Under the pieces are notes generated by a model. That model saw only the letters and a program-made list of their open reading frames with translations. It made no database searches and was not told where the DNA came from. The position numbers and the translations under genes were made by a program. Positions 24,910 to 36,103 of a stretch of 64,000 bases of DNA are shown one piece after another. The stretch comes from Paraphysomonas bandaiensis (taxonomy: Eukaryota; Protista; Chrysophyceae): contig CBFFRP010000153.1 in NCBI GenBank assembly GCA_965644295.1, forward strand, positions 103,892 through 167,891, given 5' to 3'. Position 1 is the stretch's first letter; every line of letters starts with the position of its first letter.

Positions 24910-27345
24910 ATGGCCAAAAGTCATACGAATAAGCCGGGAGCAAAAGCTAAAGATGACAGTAAGCAAGCGGCGGCCCCTGCAAGGAGAGTGCAGATTTACA
25001 ACAGCTCGGATGCATATTCTCCTGACGCATCAAGACAACTAACCGTGTATGCGAAACCAGAAAGCTCCAGGGAATTCCTTCGCAGTGCTCTTACTGCGCA
25101 TTATTTGTTCGAAAGCTTGGGTGATGAAGACATGAATAGAATCATTGATTGTATGCGTCCGCTGACTTCAGATATAAACGAAGTTATTATTCGCCAAGGT
25201 GATATGGGAGACTTATTTTATTGTTTAGAGACAGGAAGTGCTGAAGCCTCTGTGGAGGGGGTCGGAACGGTGTTTACATACGGTCCAGGCGGATGTTTTG
25301 GTGAGCTTGCCTTGATATACAACACTGCACGTGCTGCTTCCGTTACCTCTACAAGTGCCTGCAAGCTGTGGGCTCTGGACTTAAGGTAGACTTTTCTTTG
25401 CCGATGACTTCCATCTTTTACTAGATAACATTAGAACTTTTCGCTATATTCTCGCCACTACATCTTCTTCGAAGATGGTCCATCGGTGTGAGTTCCTCAA
25501 AAAGTGTCCATTCCTGGACCCACTCTCGAACGACCAGATAAGCAAGCTTGCTGGCGCCCTTGAAAGCTGTTCTTTTGATCCAGATGAGTACATCATCCGA
25601 CAAGGAGACATTGGGGATTGTTTTTACATCATTGAAGATGGGCAGGTGAAGTGCACACAGCTTAAATCTAGCGGCCGTGAGGTGGAGCTCTTGTGAGTAA
25701 CAAGGCGAGTTAGTGTCATGTTCTCACGATGGGTGTTTGCAGGACTTTGCGGGCAGGCGACTATTTCGGTGAAATGGCACTGATGTTGGACGAGTCTCGC
25801 CATGCCAATTGTATTGCGGTGGGTAAAGTTAAGTGTCTCTCGCTTGACCGAAGCAAATTCGACATGCTTCTTGGTCCTGTTCAGGATGTCCTCGCCCGTC
25901 GTATGCGGATCCGCATTCTGCAGAGTGTGCCGCTACTCTCGCGCCTACCAGAAAGCAAACTCGTGCGTCTAGCAGGAGTCATGCGCGTCCAAGCGTTTGC
26001 GGACAAAGCTTATATTATTCGTCAGGGTGAAGAGGGTTCGCGGTTCTACATTATAAATGAAGGAGAGGTGAAATGCACCCGCACAGACGGGAGCGGAAAG
26101 GAAGAGGAACTTATTCGACTTACGCCACAGGAGTTCTTCGGGGAGCGAGCTCTAATTACTAATGAACCTAGAAAAGCCAATGTTATTGCAATAGGCCCTG
26201 TTGAGTGTTTGGTGCTTGAGAGGAAGAATTTCCAGGCACTTCTGAGTGACGTACAGGAGGACTTAAAGACGGAGATGTCTCGTCGTGAGTCGTCAAATGC
26301 AAATGCAGATATGCAAGAGACAGAAGTTACAGGACCACGCACGAACTATCGCTTCGAAGACCTTCGTATGATGCGTACCATTGGAACGGGGACATTCGGT
26401 CGTGTGAAGGTTGTCCAGCATGTACCATCTGGTGCCGTATGTGCTCTCAAATGTATGAACAAGACAGAGGTAGTAGCCTCACACCAAGAAAAAAATATCA
26501 TGGCCGAGAAGAATCTTCTTTTCGAATGTTCGAGTTGTCCATTTGTGCTTGCGCTTCTGCAGACTTACAATCACCCTAATCAAATCTTTATGTTGATGGA
26601 ATTCATCCAAGGAGGCGAACTATGGTCGTACATTTACGAGAAGACGGATACTGTGCCACGGTCAACTGCCGGAGGATTTGAGATGAGTGCAGTTAAGTTC
26701 TATGCGGCCAATGTTCTACTTGCGTTCAAGCACCTACACGAAAAGAGCATTGCATACAGAGATCTGAAGCCCGAAAATTTGCTCATCGATGAACTCGGTT
26801 ATATAAAAGTAATCGATTTTGGATTCGCGAAAAAGTTCCCATTCATGAAGAATGGTCAAAAACAAGACAAAACGTATACCCTTTGTGGCACTCCTGAGTA
26901 CCTTGCGCCTGAAATTGTGATGTCTAAAGGGTACGACAAGAGTGTAGACTACTGGGCTTTCGGATGCTTAGTATATGAGTTGTACCTTTCCCGCACCCCT
27001 TTCCAGGCGGACTATACGACCAAGATATTCCAAAACATTGTTGCAGCAGAGAAAAATCTGTCCTTCCCTCCAAAGATTGACCCTCAGCTGGTGGCAATTG
27101 TTAAGAAGCTGCTGACTATTAATCCTACTTTCCGTCTAGGAAACTTGAATGGCGGGACACAGGATATCATGAATGACCCATTTTTTGCGTCAGTTGATTG
27201 GAATGCCGTCAAACAACGTACGGCCCGCGCACCCTATACGCCATCCATCGGCAATCCACTTGATAGTAGCAATTTCGATGAGTATGAAGAGGAGGACTTT
27301 GTTGGAGACTATATTGGCAGTCAGGACCATTTCGCTAAGTTTTAA
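24910..27345 (+). CDS. Cyclic-nucleotide-regulated AGC kinase with PKG architecture: 3 CNB domains plus kinase (778 aa from this ATG; an upstream exon is possible)
   Basis: Three FGE-x-AL...R cassettes; GTGTFG, YRDLKPEN, DFGFAK, TLCGTPEY; AGC C-tail. Introns 25386-25434 and 25693-25742 are in frame. The frame stays open upstream to an acceptor at 24843. Confidence 0.93.
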
Positions 27346-28931
27346 GTGTGCAACGTATAATGCATACATTACTTGAAAACGTACGGTGTATATCACTGAC
27401 ACACCTTCATTGATTTGGTTGATACGTATTAGATGATGGTACTATGGTATGCTCTCGGCAAGTGCTGACTTCGTATACGTCTTCTATCGTATGAAATCTA
27501 TTAAAATTTGTGTTGCATTTGATGAGCCACTACTCGAGGTATCATTCGTGTTTTGATAATAACGATCGTCAATATTAATATGCGTTTACGGGTTATAGTT
27601 TGTATGATTTTAGTTTATATTCATATGTATTGAAAGTCTCATTGTTAGCAATAGGCGTTAAAACCTGCACCAACGTAGTAGCTAGATGAATGCTAGGCAA
27701 ACTAGTTAGTGTTGAGATCTGAAGATTCTATATACTTGCAATTGAGTGCAGTATTATGTGAGATGCAAGGATCGAAAGATATAATATATATATGTAATTA
27801 GTACATACATTATATTGTGTAGTGTGAAACTGAAGTAGAAGTGGGTAACTATTCAGGATACGATCACTGAGTGTGTGGTTTGTACACTATAGTGGTAAAT
27901 AAATGGTGTTGAACACATCGAATACAACTTAGGTTCTTTATCATGTTGTAATGTTTATAATTTCATCTTATCAATTGAGAATAGTAAACCTTAGCAAATA
28001 ATGTCAACTTCTGATATGGTAGCGAATGCTAGTTGTAGGGATGGGAAGAAGACAAGAAGCTACGGTTTGACAAGAACCAGGAAGAGTATTCAGTTAGAAA
28101 AATCAAGATGCATCTGATGAAGAAAACAGAAACCATCTTGGCTTGGAGGATCCGCCAGCCGGAGGGAGGAGTTTAGAGTCATGGAGAGAGCGTAATGATA
28201 CCTGTGTTAGTACTATTTGGGAGGCTTGCGAGCATGACCCTGACGTGTTGGAGGTAGCCAATCAATATTTGGAGGGGAAGGCAATTTTACCTGCTGATGA
28301 TCTTGCTAAGGAGGTGTTATCCAGTGAGCTCCTTCAGACACTGGTTGATAGGTTTAGAGGCAAGATTGGGACTGTATTGGAGAAGACTACGGCAGAATAC
28401 CATTCGTTCAAAAAAAGGCCGAGAGAAAAGGTGTCTGTTGGGGTAGATCGACTGAACGGTATAATCCAGAAGCTCATAAAATTGGGACAACCGCAGACAG
28501 AGGCAAGCAAATTAGCAATGATAAAAGCAGCGCTGCAGATAGAGGAATTACATGATTTTTGGATGTCGGTAGCGATGATGCGTAAAGCAACAACTACATT
28601 TGACTCGGTGAAAGAGGCTTGTGAAGATTATGACGAGGCTATGACGCAGCTGAAGAAACGAAAGGGAGACAAGTCTGAAGAGATCAATTTTACAGCGTCG
28701 AAGGAGCCAGTGGTTTGTTCATTTTGTTGTAAGAATGGACATGTTGCCGCAAATTGTTATGCTGTAGGACTATCCACTTACATATAGAATATATACGTGT
28801 ACATGTCCTGTATTATATGATTAGTAGTACAGTACTGTATTGTATACGTGTACCATGTAGTTAGGAATACAAACTGTAGGGAATGTGATTGTTGGGATTA
28901 GCAATAGCCGTTGATATTGTAGACAGTATTA

Positions 28932-30779
28932 CAGCGCATTCTCGATATATCGCGGTATGTATATCGCGATACCCTTTTATATCGCGGATTTTGGTCCAGG
29001 ACACTTCATCACACATAATTATAATGGAAAACTGAGGTCATTTTCTGTTACAAGGGTAAGCATTTTTTTGGTAAGCATTCCTTACCAAAATACGCCGAAA
29101 ATCAATTTCTGTTTACCCTGGTAAGCATTTTCGGGGTAAGTTTTTGAAAATGCTTACCAAAATGCTTACCCTGGAGAGAGAGTGGGGGGGTAAAATTTGG
29201 AATCCTTACCATGTAGATTTTTTGTCGGGGTAAGGATTTTGGGGAGCATAAAAACCTCTAGATGAACATATATCCATAGTATATTAATCACATTTATTGA
29301 TAACATGAGTGATAGTGAGTCAATATAAGATCCTGTCGACGACACTCTCGTTGAATGCGAACCTGAGGATGAAATGTAATGATGCGCAAGAGTCTTTTTC
29401 TCTCATCGAAGGACGTCTGCTCATAAGAAGGATATATGTCTCATGATATTCAATGTCGCGTGCTGCAAGAACTTCGAATACCTGTTATTGAGAAATTTCT
29501 TCGTTACATACCCTCAATAACAGGAGGCTCATGAGACCATTCTGGAGTCATTCCCTGAGAATGCATGGAGTTCACAAATAGCAACACTTGGACACCTGAT
29601 TGAAACTTGGGCAAAAGCCGAAAAAGGCGGAGACATGTTTGGCAATTACTGAAGAGTACACTAAGGAAAATGCACTGGGGGATATTTACCTCAAACGAAT
29701 GCGTAATATGACTTTGGAGTGAACATCGAAGTGCAGGCAATTGAAAGCTGAATTGAAGCATTGAGTATAAGTTTACCTTCTGTTGTTAAGTTAATACTTC
29801 TCATATAATGTCAAACTTTGATACAGAGGATGAGTATGAGAAAACTTTTAATTGGTTAAGCAGTAGGGTTTCATTATCAAGTGACATTATAAGACAAGTA
29901 CTAATAATTCAATTTACGGAAACCTTAATGCGTGTAAGAACCAGCTATCAGGTTATTTTATGCTATATGAGCTCTCTATTGTATATGCTTAAGTTTGTAC
30001 ATACCATCTGTACAACATAGGTTGAATATTGCTATGTTCTATATTGTTATTCATAATTTTCACTCTATCGTGTTCATTACTAACACTCTAATAATCACAA
30101 CATTGTTTTACTATTATAAAGATCAATTCTTTATTATAATGACACATAATGAAGAACAAATAAGAGCAGTATCACTGCACTTCAGCAGTCAATGTCTTTA
30201 GAGGACGAAGGCGATGACGATGACGAGGATGATTGTATTAACACCAATGGAAATGATAGTGCTATTACTGCTGTGCAAGCCGACAATGCTGTTTTAATGT
30301 TACTCGATTATGCTACCCAGGAGGGGCATTCAACAGCGCATATTGAGCTCCTCAGAAAAGTGCAGAATAATATTCATACAGAAAGGCACAAGAATCATTC
30401 TAAGGTACAAACTTCTCTGCATCAGTTTTTTTCAGCACGTACTAAAGGTTCTGAAGTCCATGAAATTTAATAATTTTATCTTATTGTTAGCTAGGAATGT
30501 AGTAAGTGTGTTAAGAAATTGAATACCATAAATTCCATAAATAATGATATATAACTTATTTCACAAATTCTTTGCATGTGCCATTCAGTACAAGGAGTAC
30601 TATGCTATACAGACACGACATTGTGGATATATTGCACAGTCTTAAGCTCCTTAAACTTGCTCTCTACGACTTTGCGGAATACAGTGCTGTATTTTACTAT
30701 TAAATTGTATATCGCGATATTGCGATATATCGCGATTTCCTCTCCAGGACACTTTCCGCGATATATCGAGAATGCGCTG
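28932..30779 (+). mobile_element. Non-autonomous Tc1/mariner-pogo-like DNA transposon in the Gypsy 5' LTR
   Basis: 24-bp perfect TIR CAGCGCATTCTCGATATATCGCGG and TA TSD. Removing the element restores the sequence seen in the 3' LTR. Remnant ORF 30192-30470 has an acidic tract and QTSLHQFF. Confidence 0.9.
29053..29173. repeat. GGTAAGCATT-based inverted repeat cluster (hairpin or MITE-like)
   Basis: agggtaagcatttttttggtaagcatt ... aatgcttaccaaaatgcttaccct. Confidence 0.7.
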
Positions 30780-30978
30780 TATTAGCCGTTGATATTGTAG
30801 ACAGTATTATTAGCCGTTGATATTGTAGACAGTATTATTCATGATTCATTATACGATAATAATCATTATTTTGTACTTCTGTACTTGGGTATTGCTTTGC
30901 ACACATACACATATGTATGCAAGCCCACAGTAATATTACTTAATAAGTAGTACTCAATCTCTGTGATATAACAATATT

Positions 30979-33900
30979 ATGGGGGAAAGTAAGAGAAGCA
31001 AAATAAAAGCAGCTCCTCAAATAGAGGAATTGTTAGCTGCTTCGGGTTCTTCGTCTAAAAAGACGAAAAGAGAGAGAGAATCCTCTCGAAAACGAGCAAG
31101 AGATGCAACAACATCATCTCAAATGCAATCTTCTCCTCAAACTGAGACATCAGTAGAGGCTGAAGGAGAATTGAGTGGAGTATCATTTCGTGAGCTCTCT
31201 TCTTCTCAACCAAAGAGAAAGAAGCAAAGGAGTGGAGATCCGCACCCCAACAGGAGTGAGCGCATTGACTTGAATGAAGTCATTGCGACGGAATCCACTC
31301 CACATGAAGTAATCAATACCGACTCTATTCCCTACTTAGGTAGTGTGCAAGATGAGGATATCATCGAATTTTGTGAAAATCTCTCGAAAAGAGATCCTAA
31401 AGGGACAAAATTCATAAGGTCAGAAATCATGGCACCAACAGTGCGTGATATGCTTCAGTTTCAGCGACAGCAGGATTTTGGAGATGAGTCTGACGAGGAC
31501 TGGCTAGATCCAAACATTGTAACTACTGAGGAATTGATTCAGTGGTTAAAGCAAGCCTTTCTAGAGGAAGAGGAGCGATACTCTGATACATTGGAGCCTC
31601 TTCCTAGGTTCATAGATAATATCATTGGACCAAAGGTTAAGGTGGATATTCATGTTCCTAAAGTATTCTTAAAAGAATATGGACGTCTGAATGAGCTTTA
31701 TAAGCTCATTCCGGAGGCAAGTCTCACAGAGGTAGCCTCGGATACCATAGTCAAAACCCTCAAGAAAAACATTAAACTTGTGGGCGGACATTCCTTCAGA
31801 AAGGATGCCAAAGAGAAATTTATAGCGGATATAGGCCAAGGTCAATCTGCACCAAAAGATTTCGGAGCATTCTGTAGAAAGGTGCGAGAGCTTAACAATG
31901 ACTATAGTCAAGCTGTGAGAAAAGTAAAGAGGATGGAAACTAAATTGGATTCCAAAGAAACATCTAAGTCTAACAAGACTAAGAATACAAAAACTTCATC
32001 CTCCAGCTCATCCTCAAGTACTAAAGCAACAACTGATACTAAGGAAGCATGTTGGATATGCGGTAATCTTCATAAAGGTGACTGCACCCGCAAAACCTGT
32101 GCATGGGCTAACCATGAAAAGAAGCCATGGAAAGATTCCACACAGGGCAAAAAATATGCGGTTATGGGTTGGAGTACCTGCCCTTATGTGGAGAATCCTG
32201 ATGGTCCTCCAAGATCGAAAACAAGTAAGTTATCATGCCCTAAGTGTTTATATATAAATGCTATTGACATGAATAATGATATGCTCGATGTCTTTGTATA
32301 TCCTAAAGCTGATGTCAATGTACAACAGGTAAAGGAAAATCTAAGAGCTAAAGCCTTATTGGACACGGGGGCTACTGGGAATAATTTCATTAACCAAGAA
32401 CTTGCTGATATGTTAGTTGCTAGGTATAGAATTCCATTGCACGAGTGTAACATTAAAATTTGTAGTGCGCTTGATAATGCTTGTTGTAGTAGCAAGCAAT
32501 ATATGATAATAACTATAAGATTAACTGATGAGTATAACAATACTCTTGATATTGAGTTGCAATGTTTGATAATAGATAGCACCTTTGATATCATAATTGG
32601 TAGAGAAACTATCAAGAAATATAGATTAGTTGATCATTTTCCATCTCACTTTATGGAAAGAGAGTTAGCAGGGAAAATGCTAGCTACGGCCGCGGGCCAT
32701 GCTGAGAAGACTCAGCTTCTCTCGGAACATATTAGTGAGAGAGCCACATGTTATAATAACATGGAAACATTAAGGCGCCAAGCTAAGGAACACCTTAGTT
32801 ATAATAATAATTTACTTACAAGTAATAGCTTGGTTAGTACTATGTATTCACCTCCAATATCATCCATGCGTATAAGTGCATATGAAAAGGAAGATATAGG
32901 CGAGATTAGAGATAACTATCTGGAGTCAATCCCAGAAGAAATAGTTACAAATACTCAGGAAAAAGTAGAAGGTACTACGTTACCAACTAAAATCTCTGGT
33001 CCCGAATCTTTACAAAGGAGGGTGAGAGAAATCCATGAAATCTATAAGGATAGATTTAGAACCACAGTGTCGGATATGCCAATGGATGTTCCACCTTTTG
33101 AATTAGAGGTAGATAGGGATGCTTGGGAACAACCAAAACATTGTGGTCCGCCACGAAAGATGGATCGAGTACGACAGTATGCTTGTAAAAAGCAAATCGA
33201 TACATTTGTGGAGCATGGAATAATACAACCAAGTACGGCTCCTTATTATAGCCAGGTATTATTAGTTCCCAAACCAAATGATAAATGGCGATTCTGTGTA
33301 GACTATAAAGGTCTAAACAAGCACACACAGAGGGAACGTTGGCCAATACCTAACATCAAAGAAATGTTAGAACGTATTGGGTCTAAGAAACCCAAATACT
33401 TCATAATTCTGGATTTAGTATCTGGTTATTACCAGGCTAAAATTTCAGAGTACTCGAGAAAGTGGACGGCATTTATAACCTTCTGGGGAGTATTCGAATG
33501 GCTCCGACTACCCATGGGTTTGAGTGGTGCTCCATCATACTTTCAACGAGTATTAACAACAATTGTGCTTGCCGGGTTGATTATGTTCATATGTGAATTA
33601 TATCTAGATGACCTGATTATATATGCTTCTACAGAAGATGAACTAATTGAAAATTACGTTAAAGTTCTAGAACGCTTCAGGAAATACAATGTTTACATTA
33701 ATCCTGAGAAAGTGAAAATAGGAGAGTCCGAAGTACAATATGTAGGACATACTCTAAATGAGGAAGGGTTACACTTTACTAGAGAACGTCTGGATAGTGT
33801 ATTAAATTTCCCAAAGCCTGAAACTATGAAGGGTCTAAAATCTTTCCTCGGATTGGCAAATTATTTTCGGGATCACGTGCACAACCACTCCTTAGTGGTG

Positions 33901-35812
33901 AGACCGTTAAATAAAATGCTTCTCAACTATCATAGACGTAAACGTCTACAATGGACAGAGGATGCCAATGAAGCATTTGAAAAGATCAAATTGATGATCC
34001 ATGAATGTCCAACATTATTTTTCATTGATGACGAGTCACCAATATATTTATTGACCGATGCATCTGATTATGGAATAGGAGCATACCTCTACCAAGTAGT
34101 AGATGGTGTAGAACGTCCAATAGGATTTCTCAGTAAAACATTCGATGAAAGAATGATGAATTGGGATACACCTCAGAAAGAAGGATATGCTATATACTAT
34201 GCCTTAGATAAATGGGACTACCTATTAAGGTATAGATACTTTACGATCAAAACAGATCATAAAAATATTACTCAGTTGAGAACTGATTACGCTAAGGATA
34301 AGAAAGTTCAGCGATGGTTGAAATGTTTCCAAGCATATGATTATGATCTATGTGATATTAAAGGATCTGATAATGTTGTTGCTGATGCATTTAGTAGACT
34401 ATGTGCATTAGAATCTAAAATGGAAACAAAATGTGCTTCCCTAATTCCCGATATTAAAGTTCCAAACAAGGAATGGGAAATTATTAAAAGATTTCATAAC
34501 AATGTTACAGGTCATCATGGTATTGATCGTACAATACAAAAATTACGAGACAATGGTCATAAATGGTCAAAGCAAGGGGCACATGTGACAAAATTTATTA
34601 AAACTTGTCCTTGTTGTCAAAAGATGAGTAGAATTAAACCAATAATTAATGCTCATCCCTTTACTGTCTCAACATATGGCCCGATGCAAAGAATAGCAGT
34701 GGATTTTATTCAGAGTCTGCATCCAGATGAGGATGGATACACTAATATATTAGTGATTATCGATTCTTTTTCTAGGTGGGTAGAATTAATCCCTACTAAG
34801 AATCTCACTGCCATGGCGGCGGCAAAGGGGATTGCTTCAACACCTGGGTAGATATGGAGCACCTATTGAGATTCATTCGGATCTTGGACCAGCATTTGTG
34901 GATGATTTAACAAAATCATTGATAGAAATGGTTGGAAGTAATCAATCATTTTCGATGGCGTATTCTAAAGAAGAAAATGCTATAGTGGAACGTGCTAATA
35001 AAGAAATTTTAAGGCACTTAAGAAATATTATATTTGATAAAAATGTACTAAATAATTGGTCAATGTATCTACCTTTAGTACAAAGAATTATGAATTCTTC
35101 TAAACATAGAAGCACCGGCGTTACTCCCGCTAGTATTCTATTTGGGAATGCAGTAGATTTAGATAAGAGTTTATTCATTGAACACAATGAGAACTTGGAC
35201 GGGAACGAACAAAAGCTATCACATTGGATAGATAGAATACAAAAGGTTCAGTCCACTATTATGGATGTTGCAAGACGAAATCTTCGCAAACATGATGAAA
35301 TCCACATGGCAACTGCACCAAATATACAAACAAAAGAATTTCCAATAAATTCTTATGTGTTAGTTGAGCATAGACAAAATGCTTTACGTCCTGGACCGGC
35401 AAGTAAGTTATTACCATATCTTAAAGGTCCAATGCGAGTAGTCAATGTTATTGGAGACAAATATACTCTTCAAGATATTGTTACTAAACGTAATAAAGAC
35501 TATCATATAAAGAAATTAAGGGAATTTAATTACGATCCCTCTACTATTGACCCCTTACAAGTGGCATGTAAAGATGGTGGAAACTTTTATGCTATTGACC
35601 ATATTTCAAAAATAAAAGGTCGAGCTAAAGGTCCGAAAAGTCAAATAAAATTTCTAGTACATTGGATAGGGTATGAAAAACCTACATGGGAACCATGGGC
35701 TAACGTTAGAAAAACGTATGCTCTACAAAATTTCCTAACTCAACATCCTGATGAAAATGTAAGAAATTTACTACCTCGAAATGTGGTTTATTCTTCTGAT
35801 GAAGAAGATTAA
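30979..35812 (+). CDS. Gag-Pol polyprotein (Zn knuckle, PR, RT, RH, IN, chromodomain) with one 1-bp frameshift at ~34827
   Basis: CWICGNLHKGDC, LDTGA, YLDD, TDASDYGIG, GHHG..CPCC, integrase DDE, FLVHWIGYEKPTWEP chromodomain. Deleting one G from gcaaaggggattg gives a continuous AKGLLQHLGRYG. Confidence 0.92.
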
Positions 35813-36019
35813 TAACAAAGTTTACAGAATTGAGTGTCAATATAACACATTAACACATCAATTATAAGGGGAGGTAGTGTAGGACTATCCACTTACATAT
35901 AGAATATATACGTGTACATGTCCTGTATTATATGATTAGTAGTACAGTACTGTATTGTATACGTGTACCATGTAGTTAGGAATACAAACTGTAGGGAATG
36001 TGATTGTTGGGATTAGCAA

Positions 36020-36103
36020 TAGCCGTTGATATTGTAGACAGTATTATTAGCCGTTGATATTGTAGACAGTATTATTAGCCGTTGATATTGTAGACAGTAT
36101 TAT
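36020..36103. repeat. 28-bp tandem repeat x3 inside the Gypsy LTR
   Basis: tagccgttgatattgtagacagtattat x3. The same three units occur in the 5' LTR, where the first carries the pogo insertion. Confidence 0.95.

Noticed and set aside
34820-34851. Programmed frameshift in the nested Gypsy pol
   Set aside because: It falls inside the integrase core and is explained by one extra G in a homopolymer (mutation or sequencing error).
36020-36103. CRISPR-like 28-bp repeats
   Set aside because: No spacers; they are head-to-tail repeats inside a eukaryotic LTR.
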